A stretch of DNA of 64,000 nt from Albugo candida (taxonomy: Eukaryota). The notes under the pieces were generated by a model. The model searched no databases. It was not told the DNA's origin and was given only the letters and a program-made list of their open reading frames with translations. Shown here one piece after another: positions 49,701 through 62,130 of the stretch (positions within the stretch are counted from its first letter, which is position 1; each line of letters opens with the position of its first letter). The stretch lies in the NCBI GenBank assembly GCA_040437565.1, contig JBDOQK010000003.1, positions 248,001-312,000 of the forward strand, in the 5' to 3' direction. The translations under genes were made by a program, and so were the position numbers.

Positions 49701-52700
49701 CAAGGTCAGCTTACCGATAGCCAGGCGCTGGCTGAGCACTATCGGCAGCATATGGAGCGACTTGAAAAAGAATTAGTGAGATCTTTAACGAAAGCAGCTG
49801 AATGTGAAAGGGAACTTATTGAAACCAGAGAGGAACGTTTCCACCAGGAGGCTATGATTACGAAATTTGATGAATCTCACAGCGTTGATGTCGCAGCCGA
49901 AACAATGAGAAAAAATTTCCAGGACGTTAAAAATCAAGAGACGAATAGTTCAATTGATAATGAAGCGCTTAGCGGAGTTGTCCGTACGGAAGCCATGCGC
50001 ATTGAAGAAGTGGTGTCTCTCAGTAATGAGAAAGGATCAAGAGAAGAAGGATCCATTTGTTGGAAAAGTTGTCAGCCGTTGGAGAGTCAGTCTTTTTCAA
50101 ACTCGCCGGATGTGGTGCATTTCTTGACAACATGTAAATCTCGATCCCCGTACTTTTTGAAAGCAGACAATCCAAAGATTTCAAATGAAAATTTGTACGG
50201 CACCGATACGCTAGAAAAAGAACGCATACAAATACGACTAGCTGATTATGAGTCGATCATTATGAATAAAACTTATTCGACAGTAACGAGACGGCTCGAA
50301 GAAGATGCGTTTTGTTGGCGGAGGGAGGTTAAAAGGATGAACGAGGAGCTTTATGCTGCAAATGGACGTATTGTTGATTTTTGGGTTTCATTTGAAGCAC
50401 TCATGAAGACTAATAATGCTTCTATTGCACAACTCCAGGAAAAAATTTCGCTCTCCTACACGGATACGTCGACGAAAAATGACGAGCTCGCCCGCATTAT
50501 AGAAGAGCTCGAAGCTTTCAATGCACCGTTTGATCGTTTGAAAGAGATTTGTGAGTCAATATGGATCCAACCACGCAAGTATACACCCGCTCAAAGTTGG
50601 AGTAGCGGAACGGAGAACGAAAGTGTCTGCATGGAAGACGGATCCGAAGAAACTTACTCATTCAGTGTACCTGCAAAACATCGTCATATCTTAGCGACAG
50701 CTGCGTTGAAATTCCGCAAATTTGGTGGCACGAGTGAGCCGTGGGAAGAAACTCATGGTACTAGTTTAGATCTTATGACGAAGAGATACGAGAAAGAGGA
50801 ATCACGTAAATCAGGCTGTGATTCTGCTACACCAACGACACACGTCAAAGCAGCGGAGAAAGAGTCATTAGGATTTAAGGCAGCATTCAAAGGAACGAAT
50901 GTATCCACCATAAGGAATGCGCAGGTCGAAATTCAGGCCCAAGCGAACGTTCCGGACGTAAGTCCAACTCACAATATTGTGGCGGCATGCAAGGAACATT
51001 GTAGGGATATATACGAACAGATTTTGCTTTTAGACGGAGAGTACAACAAGTATAGTTACAACCATGTTGCACGTATCGAGCAGAACAAAAGTCGACTGAA
51101 GAAACATCGAGACCATCTCGTATCTTTCTCAGCATGGCTACCGTCGTTAAGGCATAAAGTTGATAAAACGATGCAGATTCATTTGAGTGCTGAAGCACGC
51201 CTGCTACTCCACAAAGAGCTGATATTCGCTCGAGTAAATCGACTGGAACAAGAAGTAGCCACGAACACAAAAAAACTGATTGAAGCAAAGAAGAAATTCG
51301 ACATGATGCAAAAGAGTAGTGGTAACAAAAGTACGCAACTGGAGAAGCAGGTGGCCGAAGTGTCAGCGGAACTTGATATACCACAAAGAGAATTCACACG
51401 GCAAAGTGCATGTTTGGCGGTAGTTGCAGAGAAAGTAATCGCAAAAAAACGCAGCCTCCGGGATTCGGAGCTCAAAGCAGAAGTAGAGATAGAGCGAAGA
51501 GAATTTTATCACGCTTCAATTGCGTCTATCAACACCGTTCCAATGGTACAGACTGATGAGCTGGTACGAAAAGTGTCTCCACTTGAAAGAGAATGTGAGA
51601 ATTCAAGGGAACAGTGCACTATCCGACAGAGAAATGAAGCAGTTGTCACGGAAAAAGTGGCATCACAAATGTACGATTTAGAGGAAGAGGAGGGCAAGCT
51701 TGTCAGGGACGAAGATTTTCAGGCTGCTGGACAACCTCGTGCTGCAATCAATTCCACGTTCGGAACAGAGACATTAGTGCAAGACTTGCAATTGCATTCG
51801 GAGTCACTGCCAAAACTTGCGAACGAAACATGGCTACAATTTTACGAGTGCCATCTCATGCAAAAGGACGAACTGACGTCTCGTCATGCCTTGGAATTTG
51901 AGCATCTCCATCATGCTTATCAAAAGAAGATCGAGGAACAACTTGTAGCAGTGAGTGAATGGAAAGAGAAGCTTGAACATCAAACCTCAGCTTTGTGGCA
52001 ATTAGAGAAGGATTTTCGTGAATATATGACATCAAGCGCGCAGGAACATGAACACTTGCATACAATGTCTGAAGGACAAGCCACTTGTATCAAGAGTCTG
52101 CAGCTTGAATTGAACCGCTACCTCATGTGCATAGAAGACATGAGAGTTTATCTATACAAGACTGATTTTGAATCTCCAAAAGTCAGTGTGATATCTCCGC
52201 GTAAAGAGGAGATATCGAGGCGTATTACTTCGTATCATCTTCAGAACTTGGATGACTGGTTCGAACAGAACATATCTACAAATGAAGATAGTGTGAGCAA
52301 AGTCGCGATAGATCAAGAGGGTACGTTAGTGAGCAGCTTTGATCATCAATGTATTGTAACGTGTGGCGAGGTACGGTACAACATGACGTCTTCTATAGCG
52401 AGATGTTAAGCTGTGTGTATGTTTAGGTGCAAGAAGCTTTAACAGAGCCCGAAGGCCATTGTTCATCGGTTTTTGAGAAAGATCGAGAGCTTGCGGGTTC
52501 TTTAAAAGAAGCTCAGATAGAAATCAATCAACTGAAGTATGTACTCTTCGGAACGGAACACAATCGTGTGCTGAGATTGGTTTTTGTAGATCTACTGTGC
52601 AATATCTGAAGGAAGTGCTTGATCTACGTGATGAGATGATTGCTTTTCTAGACGAACGGATGGTTCAGTTTGAGTTACAAGCCTCTTCGTATGAAAAGTC

Positions 52701-52707
52701 CAACTGA
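43785..52707 (+). CDS. Kinesin-3-like N-terminal motor with very long coiled-coil stalk
   Basis: AVRVRP, FHFDYHFWSFD, GQTSAGKT, SSRSH, DLAGSER and IPYRNSVLT. The frame continues once the two gap overlaps are merged. The last exon ends YEKSN* at 52707. Confidence 0.88.
46108..46817. repeat. Gap-flanking direct duplication (46108-46412 = 46513-46817), assembly artefact
   Basis: Apparently identical copies around 100 N, inside kinesin-3. Confidence 0.85.
47255..47804. repeat. Gap-flanking direct duplication (47255-47479 = 47580-47804), assembly artefact
   Basis: Apparently identical copies around 100 N. This explains the apparent frameshift in kinesin-3. Confidence 0.85.
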
Positions 52708-53044
52708 TGAGCGCTATCTCGATCAAGCATTGACGACCTGCTATACTAGATTGTGATGGTGGAAGCAATCGGAAAACAACAAAACCATAGCACTGCCGTG
52801 ATTACACGCAGCTGATGTCTGCCAATTTCTTATATCTTCGTGTAGCGAAAGCAGAAATAAGTTCGTTGAGAAAGCAATCGCTCCTTTTCACTTGATAAAG
52901 AAAATAGCAATCGTTGCGCATCCTCGCATTCAATGAGCTTTAAGCACAACTTTGCGTCATCAATTAGCCGATGTGAGGTAGCCAGCATCATCTCTATAAA
53001 TACATGCTTTCACTGGAACTGTCCGTGCATCGCGTGCTTTCGTG

Positions 53045-55023
53045 ATGGCATCGAGCGGTGAAGAAAGCAGAAATCTAATCAGAAAGAAGACCGCTGGAAA
53101 CAGACTGCAAGAGCGCAACGATTTTAATTATCGGCAAGAGAGACGACCGAAGCAAAGCGTTTTAGCAGCATCGTCGATTGTCCTTGAAGGAGCCTCAAAT
53201 GAAGCAGCTTCGTCGAAAGCGGGTACCACTGCGAAAAAGACATCGAAAGAAGGACGCGTACTTGATGGGTTTCTGCTGCTCGATACCTGTAAAGGTATTC
53301 ATGTTTGCATTCAGATCACTTAGCTCGTACTTTTACACTCGTCACTATGCAGTTGAGTTTCCGGAGGAAGTCAATGAGGTCATTTTGGTTGGACTTTGTA
53401 TTAAAAAAATTGTGGGCGACGATTTATTCTTTTTCAGCAATCTTACCCGAATGGATATCAGTGACAATGAGGTGCTACATTCTACAGCCAGAAGGATCCT
53501 TTTTGAATGAGTTACCTGTATCTGGCATTAAGGCATCGTTGGAACCGCTGCAAAATCTACCTGCGTTGGTTGAGTTAATTTTCCAATGTAATGCTTTGCA
53601 ACAGTTATCGATTGTAGAAGGCGGATTCCCAAAACTTGAGGTATGATCGATTCCCATCAATCTCTGCCATTTGATTGTGAAGAAATTCGGTAGGTATTGA
53701 ACCTATCTCATAATTGCTTGACATGCAGAGATTTCGCGCAACTGGCCAAGATAAAACGCTTACGCGAATTATATCTTGGAAACAATCGAATCCGTTCAGT
53801 TCCTCGTAACTTTGGAGATTTTGCACAACTGGAGCTTTTGTTTTTGGAATACAATAGCTTACACGATCCCAATTGCTTTTCCATGCTCAGTTTGGCTCCT
53901 AATTTGCGCTCTTTGAACGTCAGTCACAATCGACTTGCAGGTGTCCCTGAAGTAAGTTAGTAAGTTGGTCGAACTCGGCATTGCTGTTGGATTCTTGGTC
54001 AGCAGTGAAACGTGTAGACCGGAAACAATGGATTTTTGCGACTGGAAGATTTGGATTTGACGTACAACAAAATAATGAAAGAAACGCAAGTGTATCCGCT
54101 GCTATACATCCGAACACTGCGGAGACTGGATTTGCATGGAAACCCGCTCACAGATGCTGCATGCCATGTCCACGACCAAACCAAGCTTTTGTATGACCCA
54201 GTACCAGCCATGACCTACTTCCTCAATGAAAACGCACAAGCCGGAAAAGTACTGACCATATTGCTAGCGTATCCGGAATATAAAAGCAAGCGTTTACAGC
54301 AAAGCTCGTACGAGCATACGCATATCTACAAAATGATGCCTAATGACATTCCGCTTTCTACTCCATTTCACTCCCGAGCGACGCAACTATTGATACAACA
54401 AGGTCGCAGCGATAAGGTAAAGCTAGTCCACCCTACTGTTTGGATAATTTACATGCAACTGCTATAGAGCATCTCGCCGAAGAAATCATCTTATGTGACT
54501 AAACCAGTTCGTGAGTGACGCATTTGACGAGTGAGCTTACTTCCATGCTGATCAAGTTGCTCAGAAAGGAGGATGGAGCATGAATTGGATGACTTCACAA
54601 TCGCCACATCTGCAGGCAACAAGACTTTGACTAATTTTTTTACGAGCATACAACCAGGTGTGATGGTCGCTGCAAACAACCAAACTTTTTTGTCATCTTT
54701 GACTTCGGTACAATCAGGCGAACAATCGGTAGGGGAGCGTCACACTATGAAAATGAAATCTTAATCAAACACATTGATAGAGATTGCAAAGTTTACGAGG
54801 AGAAAATGCCGCCAAGGCGCTACAGTATTATTTAAAGAACCCGCTGACAGCTCATGACGACGCCGATCTCATTCCTCGTCATTCACAAAAGCCAACATTG
54901 GCACACTTGGTAAGGGTAGCCACGTCACCATTATAATTCTCATATTCAACATCACCTTAGCAACAACGTCGGTCAAAGAAAGTGCACCAGCCATCGCAGA
55001 TAATCGATAATTCTGAAAAGTAG
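53045..55023 (+). CDS. XRRA1: Leucine-rich-repeat protein, XRRA1-like (multi-exon)
   Basis: VLDGFLLL, LTRMDISDN, GGFPKLEVLNLSHN, LRELYLGNN, LRSLNVSHN and LRRLDLHGNPL. The 3' end is approximate. Confidence 0.7.
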
Positions 55024-55120
55024 ACTGACAGAATGATCAGCGCACACATAAATCGTGACTTTAGTTGCAACAATATCATCGAGACACTGTTCTAACACTT
55101 CAGATCCTACAATGCTATTT

Positions 55121-55200
55121 CATTTTAGCCAATCAAAAAAACCGTCACATTCCTCGATGCTGATTGGTCACTGATCTGGCTGGTAGACCTCTATTGGTTA
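55121..55200. promoter_or_regulatory. Cluster of CCAAT boxes upstream of the DUF3605 gene
   Basis: TTTTAGCCAATCAAA, CTGATTGGTCA and CTATTGGTTA within 80 bp, plus an Inr-like TCATT near 55307. Confidence 0.5.
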
Positions 55201-55336
55201 TTCATTCTTATTTTCTTTTTTACCTTGGAGTGAAGAAGTGCGGGACGCGACGTCGAAAAGCTTACAATTTGGGTGAAATTTACAATTTTTGCGCGCAGCG
55301 ATCAAGTCATTTCTTATGACCTTAGTAAAAAGTTCT

Positions 55337-56329
55337 ATGAGTATGCATGAAACTAAAGCCACATCTGAAGAGTTGGCCCATTTTTCGCCGTCTTTGATCA
55401 ATGAAGTAGATTGGAGTTGTGAACAAGAAGAGGTGGAGAGTATTGCGTATATTTTCAAAATGCACTTGATTGATTTTTTACTGTTATGTAATTAGGAAAC
55501 CATCCAAGCTCAAAAGAATCAGTACCTTGAAATAACAGGTGATAACGCCTACTCTAAGGCTGTTGATCAAAATGATCTTTCAGAAACACTAAATGGACAT
55601 TTTTCTGACACTACTGAGGATGTTCCTACGTCTCCTTCTATTAGCCGACGCTGCAACCGACAGAAGCGAACGTTTGACGACAATGATTCGAATTCGAAGG
55701 ATCCAACGAAAAAGATGAAACTAAATGAAGATTATACCGTAACGAGCCCAAAGTGTGCGTCCACCTTTGCAGATGCCGGACGGTGCTCTAATGTAGATGT
55801 TTGCTCAGTTGATAAATTTTCTTCTGAACATCGTAGTCCGCGAAAGATCAAGCAAGACGGTGAGGGGTCGAACCTCTATTTGGATTCTCCTGCTCAGTAT
55901 TATCGTGGTGAAAGTCGCTGCACGCTGTACATCGAATATTGGAAGCGCTCAGATGAGTGTAATTTGAAGAAGTGGGATCACATTGACCGATTAAGGGAAA
56001 AGTATGATTATGTCGAGGATCATATATATGACACCTCCTTGAAGGGTAGGACAGCGTATCTGGAACCAAACATGTTTCCTTACATGACCCCAGCAGGAAT
56101 CGAGCACTGGACATTGTGGCACATACAAGAATTATCTCACGAACAGATAAAACAATATGTTGAGAATTGGATTGATGCTAATGCACCACATGTTGAGTCT
56201 TGGAATTATGATGACAATGCAAAACGTTCCATAGAGATTTTTCATGTGCATGTATACCTCCAGTGTGCATTGAATGATTGTGTCCTCCGAGACCGCAAGG
56301 TTGAAGATCTGATGCACGAGCTTGACTGA
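55337..56329 (+). CDS. DUF3605 / Gig1-like protein (2 exons)
   Basis: PNMFPY..GIEHWTLW and RSIEIFHVHVY motifs. The first exon splices GAG|GT..AG|GAA. Alternative ATG at 55316. Confidence 0.7.
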
Positions 56330-56487
56330 CTACCATTTTCTATTATTTTTGCGCGTTTATATTATTATGAGTTAGTGATCCACGATTAGAACACCCAGCA
56401 AACCACGTTCTGATGATTATTCACAATACAGCTTCACATGGCAGTCTATTCGAGTGTTTGTAACCGAGCTTCTCTCCTCTGACTATG

Positions 56488-59400
56488 TCAACCGTACGTT
56501 CCTTCAGGACACCGATATTCTTCAGGTAAAATCGATCGCTGCAATGAATTGAATGCGTAATGAGACTTTTGGGTATTTTTCATCACGTTGACCAATCGAA
56601 CTCCATTACTTCGCATCGTAGACACGACCCGCATCAGCTCTTGCTTGGCCAGATTATGATGATGCATTAGAACATGTCCTTGCTCAAGAGTGACGGACAT
56701 GGAAGCTCGATCAGTTGCGTTTTTACTTGCTGTAATTCGTCCTGCGCCTAGCAAACGACAAAGCCTCGCGCTTAGTTGCAGTATTTTCGGATCTTTTGCT
56801 CGCACTACACGCTTCGTGGTTTGCACAATTCGAGCATCTAACTCGAATTGTAAGCTTCGAACAAGTGCAAGACGAGCGTTCATTCGAGTAGCACACTACA
56901 ATACCATAATCAAGCTCATGCCAATTTCGAGTGTCTACAGCATACCTGGGAATTGACGACCAATTTATACTGCTCCACGTACGCATTAAGCTCAATTAAA
57001 CTTTTCTGGTTGATTGTGTTCTGGACTAAAGTCTTTTTTAAGCTAGTATTGTTGGTCAACGTTTGAATCTCGCTTATCCCTTGCGTAAAAATCACTGGGA
57101 TCACCCGTATCACCTTACCGTCAATAAGATCCTGTGGAAGCATTGAGAGGGCATGCGGATCGACCCCGATCCGGACAAGTACTACATACTTCAATCCTGT
57201 GCTGCTTTGCATCTTTGAGCTTGACTGAACATGAACACCAACGATCGAAACCACATCCGCTTGTTGCACCTGTACATTACAAATGGATGAAATCGGAAAC
57301 AAAGAAGGATCAATAATTTCGAGCTGAAATCCAACATGTTTAAGCATATCCACAGCCGCAGCAAAATCCTGTAAAATCCCGATCTCCTTCCCGTGTGTCG
57401 AGAGCAAACTTTCCACATGCAATAAAAATCCCATTTGAGACCACAGAGCCAATTGTAAGGGGTATTGTTCTTGCTTCTGCATAGAAAACTCTAATGAACG
57501 ACAAAATGACGCCACACACGTTGTTATCGCTTGACTGAAGCAAATGTCCATCCGCGTTGTAATTTGCCATGTAAGCTCATCTTGTTGCTGTCGCTCCGGT
57601 TGACGCCAATCGATTTGCAAGGCTGTTGTGTTGAGTTGCTGAGAGGAATACAATGATGAAGGTAACACCGAGGGTAGATCTCGTGGGGGTAGATCTCCCT
57701 CATTGTTTGTAGAGCCTGCATTCATTTTGTTAAGTTTTCCTTCCAAGCCCAGAATTCCAATACCATGTCGAAATCGAAGGGAATGAGCCGCAAAAGCGCC
57801 GACTGTTATCGTGGAATAGGAATTCACCTGATTGGAGAGCCGTCGACTTCTTTGTGAGCGCAGCTGCTCCATTGGACCAACCCACAAATCTTGAACATGC
57901 TACGTATGATTAAAGAGCTTTATCAAAATCATCATGTGTGAAATAAAAAGCATCTTACCAAGTTGGTCGGAAGAAATTGAAATAACACGTTTCGTTTCTC
58001 CGTGCTGGATTTAAAGTATTGTCCTTTTCGTGCACGATCCATACAGGCTTGATAACATTGTCGCAATAATTGTACGTATGCACTTCGTTTTCTTACACGC
58101 TCCTCCAGCCACGTCTGGATCACAAACTGATCGTTTTCATCTTGAATCTGCTCAATCACATTATCATAAAAGCTGCTCACAACTTCTTTGCGACATCGTT
58201 CAATGTATTTTTGCAAATCTTCCTGCACCAGTTCAAGATCTCTTTCTCTCTCTTGACATAAGCAATTTAAAAAATGCATCGGAATCTCGCTGGTTAGGAC
58301 ACTTTCCAGTAAGTCTTCTACAACAAATTCTTTTATGGTTGTGAACTGAAAACATTTACTGGCGTAAAAGCTTTTGACGTCGGGTAGCGGGCGAGCCGAT
58401 ACAATCATAGACTTGACATGTAATTGTGCGGATTCGATTTTTGGATTCCGCAAGTCGCAAACGTCTTTGCTGGGAAAANNNNNNNNNNNNNNNNNNNNNN
58501 NNNNNNNNNNNNNNNNNNNNNNNNNNNNNNNNNNNNNNNNNNNNNNNNNNNNNNNNNNNNNNNNNNNNNNNNNNNNNNTGCATCGGAATCTCGCTGGTTA
58601 GGACACTTTCCAGTAAGTCTTCTACAACAAATTCTTTTATGGTTGTGAACTGAAAACATTTACTGGCGTAAAAGCTTTTGACGTCGGGTAGCGGGCGAGC
58701 CGATACAATCATAGACTTGACATGTAATTGTGCGGATTCGATTTTTGGATTCCGCAAGTCGCAAACGTCTTTGCTGGGAAAAAGGCACAAGTTCTTGCAC
58801 TTCAAGTCGATTACGTCTGTTTTCAAGCATGAAAATTCGTACAAAACTTTTTTCCTGGACGGCTGAGAGACTACGATAGAGCTTTTCTGTGCCCAACTGC
58901 TATCATAGCCATGAGAGGATGTTTCATATGGCAAGGAACACGATGGAGATGGAATTTGTCGGCCATTGCGGGTAGTTCTTTCGTCCGAAGCTGTCAGTGA
59001 GTAGCTGCTTCGATGTAAAGATTTTCTCCCTTCCTCAACGCAAGTATCGTCTTGATTAGTATCATTCTCCCGAATAAGCTCATACACCAAAAAACGCAAT
59101 TCCACGTCGCTTCCTTCGACAAGGGGAAGCTGTAGGACGGAAGAGAATGAAGCCATCAAACTCGCAGATGTAATATCTTCGATTGAAGGAACGACTGTCT
59201 CTGTGATCCCTACGCGCTTCCAGTTATGTGCGTTGCTACAAGAGCGACCACGCATGTTATCAGTCTGCGGCCTGACACCAAAGGTAGAACGTGGTGGTAT
59301 GATACCCCATTGGCCGTGCTGTAAACTACTCTGGACGAGCGTACTGATGCTTGTCTGAGAAAGAAACCGTGTCGATGTTGAATCATTTTTTTCAACCTTC

Positions 59401-61643
59401 TCTTTTTCCTCTGTTTTCTGCATCTCACCTGCGTATAATTCCACAAAGCAACGCGAAGGTTTACTCCCTTTCCTGTACATTATATGTGGTAACCTGAGCT
59501 GGAGAGCAATTGTAAGCACGTTTTGTGATCCTTCCATTGAGAGAATTGATTTTCGAACGTTCTCATTCTTGATACTTTCGGTTTCTTTACTTTCTTCCTC
59601 AAAGCTCTCAATTAGTGAATTCGCAAGATGCAAACCATCCTCTTCGCCTGGATTTAATGATAATGACTTGCGCTTTAAAACTGCCGAATTCCGCCTACCA
59701 GTAAGCGACTTTATCACCTGAAAGTGGCTTTCATTCGATTCTTTCCAACTGAGTTGCTGAAGTCGGGAATTCCACTGCAATAGTAATAATGCACAGGGAG
59801 GGACAATCATTGGCATCCAAATGACAAAGAAATACCATGGCACAGCTGGAATTTGAATCTCAAAAAAATAAAGTGATAGGGAAATGGATACTCCGATGCT
59901 CGAAGTCAGCCAAATAGCGGCTAGTACGATAACAAATTTGACCAGAGAATTCTTCATGACCTTCATAAGATTTACATGTTGCTCCTCCGTGGTGTATCTT
60001 TGATAGAAATCTCCGTGTTGACAGTAAAGGATTCGAAAGCCTCTTTGAACTATATGGACACCGAGAATCAATAGGCCCAATGTACTTCCAAAGATCAATA
60101 ACATCTGGCTCCAAAGCGCTGGAAAAAACCAATTCGAGTAGGGAACATCGCGGCACACATGTGTCACCGCATACTTCCACTGCAAGGGCTGGAGATCGGG
60201 ACAGAAATCCAACCCACACATGCTTTTGTCGTATAAAGGATTGTAAAGATAGTCATTATAAGCGCATTTGAAAAACGTTGTAAAGTTGATGATCATGGAA
60301 ATGCCACCTGAATAGAATAGACAATTTACAACTATAAAGCCCATTATGATTTTGATTCGAGAGACCGTAGCGAGTACGATATCAGCCCAATGGAAACACA
60401 CTGATGTCATCATCGTCCATTTGATGCAAACCTCGATTTGGGTCAGCAAAAAGTAGAGATGTGTCGATGAAGACGTCATTTGTACTTTGGAAGACTCAGA
60501 GATCCTGTCATGTTATTCTCTAAGAAACACGATATGCCACAAAAGCTGAGCTTACCAGAGTGCATTTGCGATGATACCCAAAGCAAACATTAGAATTATA
60601 GAGATAGCGGTCACGTCATTGAAGAACGTTTGGATTGAGAATGAGATTCCATTCTACATTTTCATTCTTAGTGCATCAGAGTACAGCTGAATAAACGAAA
60701 GAATTGCGTAAATAGCGGACCATTCGGGTGATCAAAATGGCACCAGCCAGAACGATTGCATAAATAACGATGGACATAACACTGAATACACTAAGCCCGT
60801 GACGAAGCGCTAAATAGAACGTTAGTAGGTATTGAGTTCCACAGTACACACTAGCATGCAAGTCGACGTACAAGCACGTCGATGCAGTAAGACTTGACTA
60901 CAGTCAGAGCCCAATACACGATCTCGATCGCGTATCTCGATATATCCAAGCGCAGGAAGCTGTCGACGTTGGCGCGGATGATCCGTCAAAGCTTTTTCTT
61001 TCGAAACCACATAGATTCCATGTAATTGTATCTGGAATGAGAACAAGTCGTTATCAGCAGCGTCTGCCCATGTGTATGACCGAGTATATTGAGACTTGAG
61101 AAAAAAGAGGTGAGGAATGAAATTTGTGATGCAAAAATACGTCAAACTGATTGCATCAATTGACAACCTCAGCTCATTACTGTTATCGAAAGTTGCAAAT
61201 GACGCCTGGAATTGGAAAAAAGGATTTCTATCCCAGATGAATACAGCTGTGGCGGTCGAAGGAATTGTCATCGAAACCGAGGCATCTCTTCCTTTATAGA
61301 GGCACTGGGAGGCATCGAAATTTACACATAATTCAATCGGATCTGTGTGATTGAATCCATCCACAAGAATCGCTGTCGACAGTGATACCGAGATGGTCAT
61401 TCTGTTCTGTTCACTCTCAATCCACAGCAAAGACGAATGAATGGGATTCATCCGGCGATACGGCACGGGCGCATAGGTCAATAGATCTGCAGCGTCAGGC
61501 TCGATTTGTATTTCTTGCACATCCTCAAGTGTCCGAAGATGAGTGAATGCGTCAAGAGAAAGTGAGCTCTTTGTCAGAGTGTGTGGAATGTAGGCAACTC
61601 TGGCAAGTAGAATGTAGCAAATGCGGCACAATAGCTTCCGCAT
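56488..61643 (-). CDS. 7TM (GPCR-like) / inositol polyphosphate 4-phosphatase (INPP4) fusion with degenerate catalytic motif
   Basis: Exons join to give a signal peptide, an extracellular domain, seven hydrophobic helices and a C2-like region. INPP4 motifs follow: FKSSTEK, FLPTNLHVQ, TITVGAFAAH, ESLLSTHGKE, VIFTQGI, DRASMSVTLEQ, MRSNGVRLVNVMKN and YAFNSLQ..LPEEYRCPEGTYG. Confidence 0.9.
58275..58782. repeat. Gap-flanking direct duplication (58275-58478 = 58579-58782), assembly artefact
   Basis: Apparently identical copies around 100 N, inside the 7TM-INPP4 gene. Confidence 0.85.
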
Positions 61644-62130
61644 GGCCCACTTGTAAACAACAGATAAGCAATAATGAGTGAACAGAGTTTCAATTGAAGT
61701 TATCGAAAGTGAATTACGCTAGTATCTTAATTGACTTTGATCAAGAAAGCATTCCAGTCGCTCTGTGAAGCAACTGACTGATTCATGATGCGACCCGCGT
61801 TTCACAGTAATTCTGTTCTCAATATAAGTCGCTGTGACTGAACGAAATTGTGGTCAGAAATAATGTGCCAAGTGTTTCTCTGGCATCGAGTGTACAGTCA
61901 CACAGGTAGACTAAAGTTTCTCACATGATTTGACACGGTCGATCGGAGGGTTACTTAATTTCGATGCAACGCTTTCCCGTGGGTAGAAAGCTCATCTGTT
62001 GCTTTGATAGGCAGCTTTTTACCTACTGCCCACGATAATAATAAATGTAACAAACTTTGCCAAGTATTTATTCCTCAAAAATAGTAGCCAGCAGTAGAAC
62101 GAATTCGTTCTCCAATCAAATAGTTGATAA

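Noticed and set aside
29157-58782. Seven apparently exact direct repeats (150-600 bp) that look like internal gene duplications or programmed frameshifts in REV3, Mic19, kinesin-3 and the 7TM-INPP4 gene
   Set aside because: Each brackets exactly 100 N, and collapsing the overlap restores a single reading frame. They are scaffolding artefacts.
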